A stretch of DNA of 64,000 nucleotides from Podarcis muralis (Eukaryota). The DNA lies in NCBI RefSeq assembly GCF_964188315.1, contig NC_135656.1:16120001-16184000 (forward strand). The letters run 5' to 3'. The position numbers were made by a program, and so were the translations under genes. The stretch's first letter is position 1. The number at the start of each line of letters is the position of its first letter. Under the pieces are notes generated by a model, which saw only the letters and a list, made by a program, of their open reading frames with translations, was not told the origin of the DNA and did not search any database. Below, one piece after another: positions 1 through 21,071 of the stretch.

Positions 1-3000
1 ATCTATTGCATAATCTCAGCGGAAAAACATCTACCTGAGCTTCTTGTAATATTAATTTGCCAACACCTGAAAGGAAAGCACAAAAACTGCTGGAAGAATG
101 CATTTAACATTCTGAAACAAGGTTCTCAGGTATGCAACGTGGCTGGGTAACCGCTTAAGCTAGTCTAACTCTTAAACTTAATAAACCAGGTTTGTATTTC
201 CCAAGTAGGCCTATGAAACCTACCTTCGTTTTCAGAATAAGGCTCACAAATCCTTACTGAACTTGTAATGAATTATGTTTGCTAGCCATCGCAGGCCCCA
301 GGTATATATGGAGCTGTGTATGCTCAACATTGAGATTTGGGTGCCTATGTTTTAATTACAGTATTTTGTTTTCTTCTTAATTATTCTATGATTTCAGGTG
401 TTATTGAACTTGTTTGTTATTGGTTCAAGGTTTGAGGTATTAATTAATTAAAGCCAGCCCTTCAGTGTTCCCCATCCAGCAAGGTTGAATTGAAATAAAG
501 TGCATTAGGTTATCAGTACATAAGTGTCTGCCGGGTTTGGTTAATACATTTAAATATAGCCCAGTGGCTTACCCAATTCGGTATGCCTGCATCAGCTATG
601 CCCAATTCGGTATGCCTGCATCAGCTATGAGTCATAACAAAAGATATATGCTTTGTAGACTAGATCAAATACCTTAAAAATTAAAGTATAGTTTTCTCAA
701 GTGCACAAATCTCAGGCAAGTTTTGAAAAAGCAGAGAAGTGACTTTCTGAGTGCTTACCGTATTTCTGAAAAGTATGATAGAGACAAATACATGGCAGGT
801 TCAAGGCACAAGTACATATACTGCCCTCATATGATAAGTGCAGAAAGCATGACAAATATTTTGCCTAAGCAATAGATCATATACAAAGAACCTTTGGCCA
901 GCCAGATGATGAACTACAACTCCCATCCTCCCCTGCCACTGGCCATCCTGGCTAGGGCCAATGGGAGTTGCAGTTCAGCAAAATCTGTAGGGTGTGTCTG
1001 CAGACCTTGCAGAATCCAGCTTTTCTTAGTGCAGAAATTTGATGCTCACAGAGTGAATTTTTATTTTGTGTTTTCTGACCTTGGTTATAAGCTGTTAAAT
1101 ATTTTTATCTTGATTAATACAGTGGTACCTCGGGTTACATACGCTTCAGGTTACAGACTCCGCTAACCCAGAAATAGTACCTCGGGTTAAGAACTTTGCT
1201 TCAGGATGAGAACAGAAATTGTGCTCCGGCGGCGCGGCAGCAGCAGGAGGCCCCATTAGCTAAAGTGGTGCTTCAGGTTAAGAACAGTTTCAGGTTAAGA
1301 ACGGACCTCCGGAACGAATTAAGTACTTAACCCGAGGTACCACTGTATAGAGTTTAAAAACATAAACACAGCTAAAGAATTTATAGACTCAACAAATGAC
1401 ACTCCCTTTTCTGGATTAAAAGAGCAAATACCTCTGAAGAAATCTGCCCAGTTTGCTTATGGTTAGCTAGTAAATATTCTGCACACAAGATTAAAAATTT
1501 GCATCATTACTGCTGACAGAAAAACTGACTCAGGGTTAGGGCTGCTAATATTGATAACACTTCCTGAACACCTGTTTTACAGTTCAGTGCCCAGGAAAGG
1601 TGATGAGCAAGAAACATTTCACAATTACATTAAATATTTAAAAACTTTAATTGTACATTAAAAAATATAAAGAAAGGGTACGAAAACCAAATTAATCATC
1701 ACGACTATCAGAAATTCCTTGTGTACACTAACGGGCAAACCAAACCCAGGTTTACCTTTGTGTAATACACCATCAAATGGCAAAGAAGCTTTTTGAAATA
1801 ACTAATTCTCACTCTTAACAATAGTTTAGTTTAAAGGAAAAGTAGAAGATTTACCTTTCTCCTTTGTGTTTCCCCAGCCAGCTATGTAACATGGGTACAT
1901 GTCAATAGTATCATTTTCAGGTATGCAGACGGGCTGAATATAATTATTATATTTTACATGTTTTATTAGCGTAAACAAGGCAATATCATTTTCATAGCTT
2001 TCTGAATCATAATCAGAATGGACCGTGATTGTACTGACCCGGCGCTTTCGAGTATAATAGTTGTGTGCATGAAGATGATGCACGGCGATGACAGCCCTCC
2101 AAAAGGCTGCGTTCCTAGGACAGAATAAAATCAAAAACAGAGTCAGTAACTATTTTAGAATAGTTACTTCAAGCCTGGTGTAAAACTAGCAAGCATGGAG
2201 CCAGAGTCAAATGGTGAGAGAATGACAAAGGTTTCTGCAATAATAGTAATATAACCAGTAAAAGCATATATGCATAAGAGGAATCCTGCTAGATCAAACC
2301 AAATCATGCCCTATAACAGCCAATCAGATGGTTGCCTGTAGGAAGCTCACAAGCAGAACCTACAGTTGCTGCTCAGCAATTGGTACTCAGGTATAGTGCC
2401 TCTGCATCTAGAAGCAGCATGAGCCATGCTCAGTATGACTATTCACAATTGATAGACATATCCTCCATAAATTTGTCTCATGCACTTTTAAAGTCATCTA
2501 AACTGATGGGCCTCACATTGATCAAAGCAACCTTGAAACATGCCCCAATAATTCCATTTGCACACAACTCCCCCACAATCTTATCATGATGGACTTATCA
2601 ATAAGCACAGCAACTTTATAAGTTGTCTGCCTGTCTCTGCCTCTGGACTGGTCTTATGATAACAATTATCCCTTCTCCAATGTGAATCTCCAGGTCACCG
2701 AGATCTGCAGGCGAGACCTTCCTAGCCAAATTGTCATCTGCTAAGGTCCATCTTGCTTTAAGTATGGGATTTCCCCCCCTGTTGTTCCACTGACCCTATG
2801 GACTCACCACAGCTCTGAAATAAGACAAGCACCAATAGAGATGTGCTCATGGGGCTTGTTGAAAAATGGTTCTCTCAGATCATTTGTATTAGCTAGCTCT
2901 GTTTTTGTTTGGTTTTTTGGGCGCTGCTGTTATTTATTGCTTTAATGTATTGGTCTTAATAACTCTACTGTGAACCATAATGAAATTATCTAAATAGAAA

Positions 3001-6000
3001 ATTGTGTACGTGTGTGTGTGTGTAGAAGCTACAAGTTGGATTCAAGTAACTCGGAGCACTAGAGGAAGCCAGTGCAAAAATGTAAGGATGACGGGAGCTC
3101 CGCCCAGTCTGGAAGTTCAGAAAAATCTCCAGAACAGAATGTGGGAAGAGGATATTGTTCCCTCCAGGGTGCAGAAATACTTGTACTAACAGAACAGTCA
3201 AATCTCTGTGATGTTGAATTCTAACCTATGTATTTAGAATTAAATAAAATCTCCACCCCTGAAAACCAGAGTAAGAATAATGAGGATGACTCCCCACAGA
3301 GTTACAAATACTAAGGTTAGAAGCCGAAGAACTGCAAAAAATAATTATACACCAAGATTTTGGGCATGTGTCAGCTACAAAAGAGTAGCTGATAACCCAT
3401 GCTGCATGACAAGCATATTTTGAAGCTTGAGTGCAGTTGCATCAACACTTTGCGGAATCAGCCTGTATGCCTGCTGCCAAAGTAGGGAAAAAAACACCTG
3501 GGCATACCGTAATTTGGAAATGGGAGGACATTAGTGCCCTCCGTACTTGCGTACCCTAAAATAGATTAGATTGTATTCCGTGCAATGAGTTTCTTGAAAC
3601 ATGAACTTATGCTCGAAACTGTAACCCTACTGTAATAAAGGAGAAGTGCACACAACTGAAATAATCTCATAATTCTTCCCCTGCTTCCATTTCCCTCTTC
3701 ACCTTTCAGACCTGAGAGGCTTCTGATAAGTGCCAAGGGGAGCAGAGGGGAAGAGCACCAGGAGATGAAAAATCTACTTTGTCACACTGTTTTAACTACC
3801 AAACTATATAGTATTAAAAAAGGAAACATCCAGTCATTTACTGCTGTGTTGTTGGGTGGGAAAAGATTTGGGGAGGATGAGAGGAGAAATGTATTCCTGA
3901 AGTCCCAGTGTCTCATTTCCTCTCCCACTCCTCCTTGAAATATGTCCCCACTCCCATGAATTCTCAATATTCACCAAGTGCTTAAAAAAATAAATCAGTA
4001 CACCTTTCTCACACTTTAGAATAGATACATGCCTATTTTTTTTAACGCAGTGTGCTGCTGTCAACACCGTGTTGTTTGTAATTAAACTTCCACCACACAG
4101 ATGGAAATATCCTAGGCCAATGGTATAATGCTGAAGGCTAACTTGCCATGGCCAAGATCCAACCATGGCATCATGTCCACCTATAATCCGAGACTCTGTT
4201 TTTTTCTCATCCATAAGAGGCCTTGTTCCGCAGTCTAGAAATCAAAACACAGATATACTGATGAGATGCCATGAATGTAAATGTTCTGTTAATACAAACC
4301 AATCCATCGACCAAAACAAACTTAAAAGTAGATCTAAAGGATCATTGTTATAAATCGACCAGTTTGCTGTAGCGCTTCTGTCTCTGGACCAATGGGAGAG
4401 TTTATGCAAGACTGCAAACTTTTGAATCACTTACCCCTCTGACACACGTTGTGGATCCCAATCTGGTTTTTGCCACAGAGTGGTTTTGACTCTGTGGTTG
4501 GAGGTGTTAGCACCTTTGTTATGCACCCACCCTCTGGACCTATTTTCTGTGGCTGGTCTTTATATATACCATTTAGAAATGCAAATAATTAAGTGGTATA
4601 ATATAAATGTCTTAAATAAATAATAAAGATAGACACCATTTCTTGGTGAGTTAGGTCTAGCAGTGATGGTTCCCCCCTGTAAAGGTGAGGGGCAGGTTAA
4701 GAAATGTACAGATGATAAGGAATTCTTTAGGGCACTGGTTCCCAAACCTCTCACCCCAGACCACTTGAAAGTTGCTGAAGGTCTTAGTGGACCACTTACG
4801 TTTTCTGCCTGTTGTTGTAAATGTGATGCAATTTGCTAAATGCTGTATGATTTTTAACTGCACTTTCATTGCTTCTTTTCTCATATATTGTACTTCATTG
4901 TATTGTATTACAATTTGTATTCCTTAGAACCCTTTCCAAGTGTCTTCTTCCCATTACTTCTGGTCCACTTCCTGCTCACCTTGTGGCCAGACTGGATCAC
5001 TGGGTTCTAAGAATGATGAAGCAGTCTTTGCACCCATTGTTCACAGACAGTGCTCCTATCATTCATGGTCCATTGGCCACATTCTGGGGTCCCCTGCTGT
5101 ATGGGATTTTCTGATTGGCATGTCTGACACCCCTGTTGAGGTCCTGGTCTCACTGTGGAATGGCAAGGTGTCTAGGGCCATCAAATGCCCACTCCGACAT
5201 TGCGGAGCCCACCAGAATTTTGACACATGCTTCAGATGATGAAACACTATGAACAATGACTGGACTGTGTCGTAATTTTTTATGTTATTACCCAAAGGTC
5301 CTAGGTTGGAAATACACACAATCCAAACCAAAAGTTAAAAATTGAAACTGAAACACTCTAAAACAATATACGGAACTCAGTAACAAATGAAACCATCAGC
5401 AACAATATAATTTCAAAGGTTCCATACCACTACTAAAGGAGAGACTGTTCCAAAGAAGAGCAGCCACTGCAGAGAAAGATGGTCCACAGACCCCTATTCC
5501 ATAAGCCTCAGGGCTTCCCACGTAGATTTTAAAATTCATGCAGGTCACTATGGGAGGAGGCACACTTTCAGATACTTGGAGCCTAGGGCATTCAGGTTAA
5601 CTTTTAAATTTGTACAGCTTAAATTAGGCCTGGAAGACAATAGACAAGCAGTGCAATTGTTTCAGAATCTATGTTAGAGGATACCCTGCGGCATTCAGCT
5701 AGAACTCTGGCATCAGCATTCTGTACCAGTTGCAACTTCCAGGCCATTTTCAAAGGCATGTATTACAATAGCCCTACTAGGAAATAACCAGACTATGAAA
5801 ACCTGTGGCCAACCAGGGCTTCAACAGCAGCACTAACCATGTGAGTCAGAAAATCCCACGAAGCATTCAGGAATCCTTTGGATTCCATAAGTCTTCAGGG
5901 GTGGACCATCTTAACCCCCACCCTTACAGGGGGATCTTGCTGCTACCAGTCCAAAGCACACCAAAAAAGTATTCATCCATGATAAACAATTCACCACAAA

Positions 6001-6798
6001 TCCACAATACCTTCTGTCGCAAAAATCAGATCTGGGGTATGCCCCACAACATGAGTTGAACCTTGATGTACTGAGAAACCCCATGGTTGTCATGGAGGTC
6101 ATGAAATCCTCCGTGGGCCCAGTAAATGCAGCTTCAGCATGGACACTGAAGTCTTCCAACGCAACAGTGAAATGTTCTCCAACATGACCTCTGAGACCAC
6201 CTCAGCTAAAAAGACTGCTGGGCAGCGGGATGGGCAGTACATCAATAGTATCTTATTCTATCTCAAGGGCCCAAATCCAGGAACAAACCCTCTTATCAGT
6301 TACAGAACACACTGGCTTCCTGGTGAGGACAATGGAATTTTCATGGTCAGCAGCATCTCTCCCCTCGCGTCTGACCCTTGGTTCTGAACCAAGTACCCTG
6401 GGGGACAAAGCTAGGATAAATATGGTCTGCTCAGCTAACCCACCTGGGTCTCAGTAATATATGTCACCTTGGGCACCCCCATGGAAAACAGATGACTTAT
6501 TTGAACTGATCTGGCATCAATTAACATCACTACTAGAGCAAAGGGTTTGCCAACATGTTCACCCAAACTCTGAAGATTGGAGGTTAGTCCACAAAGGATG
6601 ATGGTCTTACAGGCATCCCCAAACTCAGCCCTCCAGACGTTTTGGGACTACAATTCCCATCATCCCTGACCACTGGTCCTGTTAGCTAGGGATGATGGGA
6701 GTTATAGTCCCAAAACATCTGGAGGACCGAGTTTGGGGATGCCTGGTCTTAACCATAACTACTGGCCCTTCCAGATTTTCTAAATAATCTTTAAATGC

Positions 6799-6831
<33 letters not shown>

Positions 6832-8058
6832 AATTCTACCCTTCCTTCTGCCCCTCATAACACTCCATGCATCCATTGAAGTGATTTTTAGTCCGTGAAA
6901 GTTTCTGCCACAATAAAGGTGTTTTTTTTAAAAGCTGCCACAAGATCCGTTGTCCTTGCTGCTGGAAGAGACTAACACAGCTACTCTCTGGGACATGGTT
7001 CACAAGAAGCCAATGTTCCATGCTTCAGTAGGGCTTACTCCAAGCTAACGTTGCAGAGGGATGAAGCCTAAAGAATGAATGCCACTCATGAGCTGCCAAA
7101 TCTAGAGCACTATTTTAACTCGGAAGCAAATGCTCCACTGCCTACTTGCGTCACTGTGTCTATTAAGCAATAGCATGCTCCATGGAAGCACTTTAGGAAG
7201 GAGGGGACTTCAATTTCCAAGTAATAATAATTATTTATTATTTATACCCTGCTTTCCCAAATCTGATTGAACTACACACTGAACATTGAAGGTTTATGCC
7301 CCCCAAAACAAATCAGCCTCGAAGGTTGCTGCCTCTTTTTTCTGGCAGACCTTCTACCACCCAGCCAACTTCTTTGTTGCTACTCTTTCTACTCTGCTGT
7401 GAAATCTATTATCTCTGGGTGACACAGATTTCACAAGGTGTTGAACAGGATTTAACATTCCCAGTATGTTCCCAGTATGTTACACATACTGGGAAACAAG
7501 TTGCCATAAATATCCTAGTTTTGACCTTTTTAATAATACAAAAACAAACAAAAACAAACCAACTTGCAGACCTACGGTAACAATCCACTCTGGAGTTCCT
7601 CACATAATAGTTCTGGCCATTTTATACTACAAAAACAGAAGCAGAAACCCAACCTGCAGACCTCACTAGCCACCCTGGAGTTCCTCACGCAATAAAGTTT
7701 ACACGCAAGCACCTTCCTGTGGGGTGGATAACATCATTTGGAATGCTTGAAGTATACACATTTTAACCTTTCCAGTTGTTTTAGATATAATGTATCCCTT
7801 TTAAGAAGAGATGTATCCCTTTTTGGAGAAGGGGGCGACAGAGGACGAGATGGTTGGATAGCGTTTTTGAGGTTACCAGCATGAGTTTGACCAAACTGCG
7901 GGAGGCAGTGGAGGACAGAGGTGCCTGGCGTGCTCTGGTCCAGGGGGTCACGAAGAGTCGGACACGACTAAACGACTAAACAACAACATCCCTTTTAAGG
8001 AGATGGGAGCCCGAGAGGTATTATTTTATGGTTTTTATGATGATGATGTTGGTGATGC

Positions 8059-8111
<53 letters not shown>

Positions 8112-8604
8112 TAAAAACACCACCACCATAATAATATAAAAACACCACCACCACCAACAACAACAACGCCCCTCCGTTTCGAGCCGCCCAGCGACAGCTT
8201 GCTGGAAAGAGAACATTTGTTGGGGTTGGGGATAACAATCACATTTCTCCGGTTCCTGAGGCCGCGATGGGTCTTTCCACGGGGACCCCAATGCCGACGG
8301 CGGATCCACAGGCCTCGCCCGCCCGCTCGATTTGGGAGCAAATCCCAGTCCTCTCAGGGACTTTCCGAGGAAATCCCCGCCCCTCCTTCCTTCGCTGCCT
8401 CCCACGCGCACGCGCAGTTCCACCCCCTGTCTTTTTTGGCGGCTCGAGCGCAGCGCGCGGAGAACGTGGAAAGGGCGGCCGGAGGGAGAGAAAGCCGGGC
8501 TCACCCTCCATGGACAAGAGAGACGTGACGTTTCTGGGCGTGTTGAGCAGCCCCAGGAGCGCCAGCAGAGAGGCCGTGGCTGCCCGGCGGAGCTTTCGGA
8601 ACAT
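1..8604 (-). CDS. TMPRSS12: TMPRSS12-like serine protease, copy A (3'-partial; rest of exon 4 and exon 5 lie off the left edge)
   Basis: Exons: E1 8505-8604 ([20 protein letters not shown]..., signal peptide, donor GTGAGC); E2 4033-4234 (DCGTRPL...ESR|IIGG...LTAAHC, GC donor); E3 1855-2114 (ENDIALF...QPVC...GWG); E4 1-66 partial ([22 protein letters not shown]). Intron phases 1,2,1 join in frame. Motifs DCGTxPL, RIIGG and YNxYIQPxC match TMPRSS12 as recalled; METTL7A-like genes are adjacent. Confidence 0.88.
572..629. repeat. Perfect 29-bp tandem duplication
   Basis: CCCAATTCGGTATGCCTGCATCAGCTATG at 572-600 and 601-629. Confidence 0.9.
1120..1345. mobile_element. Tigger-like (Tc1/mariner) MITE
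   Basis: TIRs CAGTGGTACCTCGGGTTA...TAACCCGAGGTACCACTG with TA target duplication; a near-identical copy lies at 9137-9362. Confidence 0.85.
5860..6420 (-). mobile_element. Degraded L2-type LINE fragment (endonuclease region)
   Basis: Minus-frame remnant [25 protein letters not shown] resembles the L2 APE motif GDFN.H; interrupted frame. Boundaries approximate. Confidence 0.5.
7824..7987 (+). mobile_element. Bov-B (RTE) LINE, 3' fragment
   Basis: Bov-B 3' end ...GAGTCGGACACGACTAAACGACTAAACAACAAC; 9-bp TSD ATCCCTTTT (7815-7823 / 7988-7996). Confidence 0.85.
8059..8112. repeat. (AAT)n microsatellite; similar tracts near 6800, 14522, 44467, 44567, 49450, 55517
   Basis: Directly visible trinucleotide runs. 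Confidence 0.9.
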
Positions 8605-8930
8605 TGTCCGTCGGCGAAACAAAATGGCGGCCGGGCGCCCCCCCCCCGCTCCCTTGGCGGGAATAACGTTGCGGCGGCGGCGGCGCGAGGGAGGGAAGTG
8701 GAGCGAAGATGGCGCGGAGTTCCTTCGCTCGTTCTGACAGAACCTTTTGCTGCTTTCCCCCCGCACAAACACCGAACACATACACACACGTCTCGCAGGG
8801 TTCTGGTTCTCGAGGGGAGATCATTAAAGGAGCCGAGGCGGTTCTCTCAAGAAAGAACGGGGTTGGAGGTAACCGGATTACGGTTCCTCAAGAGGCTGAC
8901 CCGAGACATACCTGTTAACATAGGTTAAGG
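8180..8930. promoter_or_regulatory. CpG-island promoter / exon 1 of copy A
   Basis: GC- and CpG-dense block around the ATG; YY1-type AAAATGGCGGC at 8621-8631. Boundaries approximate. Confidence 0.7.
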
Positions 8931-8939
8931 CCTTAGGAG

Positions 8940-10051
8940 CAGTGCCGGATTTACCTGTAAACTAAACAAGCTATAGCTTACATTTCCAAAATATAAGATA
9001 AAAAACTAATAAAATAAAACCTACATACAGCAACAGTGTTTTGTGTTGTGTCCTACTTACATTCTATGATGTAAGTAATGGGCCCCGCCTGCTAGCCTGC
9101 TCCCTAAAATATCACTAGTCTGCTCATTTCTATATGCAGTGGTTCCTCAGGTTACATACGCTTCAGGTTACAGACTCCGCTAACCCAGAAATAGTACCTC
9201 GGGTTAAGAACTTTGCTTCAGGATGAGAACAGAAATCGTGCTCCGCCGGCGCGGCAGCAGTGGGAGGCCCCATTAGCTAAAGTGGTGCTTCAGGTTAAGA
9301 ACAGTTCCAGGTTAAGAACGGACCTCAGGAACGAATTAAGTATGTAACCCGAGGTACCACTGTACGATATAGGCTGCCTACATTCTGCATGGAATGGTTG
9401 CATGGCAACATGTAGCATGCAGCTGCAGACTGCAGTGTAGCACAGCTGAATGTATACTTCTTGATTGTATTTCAGTTCAACAATTACCTTGATAAAATAC
9501 ACATTTTGTTGTGGAAAATGGCTTTAGATACCTAATAGGTCCATAAATTACCACATAGCATATAAAGGTAAAGGTACCCCTGCCCGTACGGGCCAGTCTT
9601 GACAGACTCTAGGGTTGTGCGCCCATCTCACTTAAGAGGCCGGGGGCCAGCGCTGTCCGGAGATACTTTCCGGGTCACGTGGCCAGCGTGACAAGCTGCA
9701 TCTGGCGAGCCAGCGCAGCACACGGAAACACCGTTTACCTTCCCGCCAGTAAGCGGTCCCTATTTATCTACTTGCACCCGGGGGTGCTTTCGAACTGCTA
9801 GGTTGGCAGGCGCTGGGACCGAGCAACGGGAGCGCACCCCGCTGCGGGGATTCGAACCGCCGACCTTTCGATCGGCAAGCCCTAGGCGCTGAGGCTCTTA
9901 CCCACAGCGCCATCCGTGTCCCACCACATAGCATATATTCAACACAAAAAACAGTGACAATTTGTTGTTGACAACAAAGGACAGCTGGACATATAAAGGG
10001 CCCCATTACCTTCAGTAGCTTAGGGGCTCATCAAAACGAAATCCAGCCCTG
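8940..10051. mobile_element. hAT-type non-autonomous element containing a nested Tigger MITE (9137-9362) and a Sauria SINE (9565-9922)
   Basis: TIRs CAGTGCCGGATTT / AAATCCAGCCCTG; 8-bp TSD CTTAGGAG / CATAGGAG. The SINE has a 15-bp TSD ACCACATAGCATATA. Confidence 0.8.
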
Positions 10052-10794
10052 CATAGGAGCCAACTCCTAGGGGCCGAGGGGTCTGCCCCCCCCCATTTTC
10101 CTAGGAACATTTTGCGGCAGGGAATCTCATTAGAGCGATTAAAACTGCAGAGTGGAAGAAAAGGAAGAGCTGTTTCGGCTTCCCCACTTCCAGCCACTCT
10201 CTGAAGACCAGAGAAGAGACCCTCTTAAGAATATGGGGGGGGGGGGGTGGGCAGGAGAAGGACTAGACCATGTGAAAAATGAACATGTTTTAGCTGCAGT
10301 TCATTCATTGTCAGCTTTGTATTCTTGTGATTAAAAAAGCGCGCCTAGACATTCCGTTGTTGCGCCCATAACCTAGGTTGAAGGTGCCCTTTAGCTCCTA
10401 GCTTTCATGTCTCAGGTTTTAACATTGCCATCCAAAGCACAGATAAGGCTATCATATTGCTTTTTGCACTCGGACCTTGCTGAGTTAATCTGCAACTACA
10501 GTAGATGTCTTTCCCCTACAGCTTGCCTTCCAGGAGCAGTAGTTCCAATTGCAACATCTTGGCGCAAGTGTAAATAAGTATATACTTAACAGACCTGGCT
10601 AGGTATTTACTTAATGAAGAAACTGGCTTGACCATTTTAGTAATAGCTTCTGCAGAATACAATCTTGCCACTATGAAATTACAGGATTGCAGAGGACCCC
10701 CAAACCCATTTAATTTAACACCAAATCATTAAATACTTTGCTTTGCTGTAGGAGAAGTTGCAGAAAGCAATTAATAACAATAAACATGGAACTA

Positions 10795-11153
10795 AGGGTA
10801 AAGGTAAAGGGACCCCTGACCATTAGGTCCAGTCGTCACCGACTCCGGGGTTGCGGCGCTCATCTCGCTTTATTGGCCGAGGGAGCCGGTGTACAGCTTC
10901 TGGGTCATGTGGCCAGCATGACTAAGCCGCTTCTGGCAAAACCAGAGCAGCACACGGAAACACCGTTTACCTTCCCGCAGGAGCGGTACCTATTCATCTA
11001 CTTGCACTTTGATGTACTTTTAAACTGCTAGGTTGGCAGGAGCAGGGACTGAGCAATGGGAGCTCACCCCGTCACAGGGATTTGAACCGCCAACCTTCTG
11101 ATCGGCAAGTCCTAGGCTCTGTGGTTTAACCCACAGCGCCACCCGCATCCCTA
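10795..11153 (+). mobile_element. Sauria-type SINE
   Basis: Head GGTAAAGGTAAAGGGACCCC, body GTACCTATT(T)ATCTACTTGCAC, tail; 13-bp TSD AAACATGGAACTA. Confidence 0.85.
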
Positions 11154-11708
11154 AAACATGGAACTACTTATAGGCAAAATTCTCATTTGTAGATTCTCCT
11201 TTGGGGGATAAGGACTAAAAAATATTACCCTAGAATTTCAAATATGCCTGTATTCAACTGTAAATTACGTTTGATTTTTTAAATGATACAGAAAAGCATG
11301 GCAATGGTAGGCATCTATCATGTACATTTCTTATAGAATATGGATATATATTTTGGATAGGATCATTTGAATTTTGTAAATTAAGCTTCTATGAATAATT
11401 AAAGCATTTCTTTCACATATTAAATTAGAATTTTCTTCATGTTTTTGAAACCATGCTCTTTTTTCATATTGCAGCCTATCAGTACAATCACAATATGACT
11501 TACAGCCCCCAAACATAAATGTAACTGAACAATGCCTTTTGGATTGACGCTTTTAATGAAGGATTTTTCCATTCATTTTGGAGAAGGTTAAACAACTGAG
11601 TACAAAGCATTCATTATTATAAAAACAAATGGCTCCATATACTTGCTTGCAAGAGGAATGAATACGTTTTAAAAGGAAAAGTATAAAATTCCAAAAGAAC
11701 AGGACTTT

Positions 11709-20170
<8,462 letters not shown>

Positions 20171-20723
20171 CGTCCGTCGAGGAAACTTTCTCCTCCGGCC
20201 GAAGTGACGTTAGCGCGGGGGAGGGGAAGGTGGGGGGGGGGGGCGAAGCGCGCAGCGGGAGCTTCCGCGCCTTCTTTACGCCCGTCGGTTGGATCGCTTG
20301 CTCCTCGGGGCGGGAGTCTCCTGTCGGGGATCGATAAGGGAATCCCGAGAGCCGGCAACGAGGGAGGATGGGGACGACCTCTCCCCAAGCCGTACGAAAG
20401 CGAAACTTCCTATTATTATTTCTTTTATTCTTCCTATTATTATTTCCTTCCCGACGTAAGGAAAGCAAAAAACCGCCTGGTGAAATGTCACAGCGACGGC
20501 AGCTCATAAGCCCGTTACAAAAAATCGTATTTTACGAAAGTAATCGGGGCTAAGAGAGGCAACGGGAGGGGGCATAGGTTCTTTTAGCAGTTAAAGGGAT
20601 TTTGATAAATAAGGATCGATATGCCTAATAATAATGATGATGATGATTTTATTATTTATACCCCGCCCATCTGGCAGGGTTTCCCCAGCCACTCTGGGCA
20701 GCTTACAGTACATAAAAAATTGT

Positions 20724-21071
20724 AAAGGTAACGTAAAGGACCCCTGGACGGTTAAGTCCAGTCAAAGGGGACTATGGGGTGCAGTGCTCATCTGGCTTTA
20801 AGGCCGAGGGAGCCGGGTTTGTTTACAGACAGCTTTCCGGGTCACGGCCAGCATGACTAAACCGCTTCTGCCACAACGGGACATAGTGATGGAAACCAGA
20901 GCGCACGGAAACGCTGTTTATCTTCCTGCCGCAGCGGTACCTATTTATCTACTTGCACGGGCGTGCTTTCAAACTGCTAGGTTGGCAGAGCAACGGGAGC
21001 TCACCCCATCGCAGGGATTCGAACCACCAACCTTCTGATTGGCAAGCCCAAGAGGCTCAGTGGTTTGTCCC
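20724..21071 (+). mobile_element. Sauria-type SINE
   Basis: Family head and body; approximate ends. Confidence 0.75.

Noticed and set aside
3004-3201. Exon-like plus-strand segment in intron 2 of A
   Set aside because: No recognisable protein similarity, no partner exons, and only a short (TG)nTAGAA resemblance to intron 2 of B.
4025-4028. Canonical GT donor 4 nt downstream for exon 2 of A
   Set aside because: It would shift the frame relative to exon 3; the GC donor matches the paralogous position and exon length (202 bp).
8621-8737. Plus-strand ATG in AAAATGGCGG as the start of an antisense ORF
   Set aside because: The downstream peptides are short and not conserved between A, C and D; a transcription-factor site is the simpler explanation.
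8021-8928. Overlapping 100-243 aa ORFs at the CpG islands (also near 19632-20509, 30876-31548, 43434-44422)
   Set aside because: Expected from high GC content and microsatellites. Only the 100-103-bp signal-peptide exons have splice donors and paralogous conservation.
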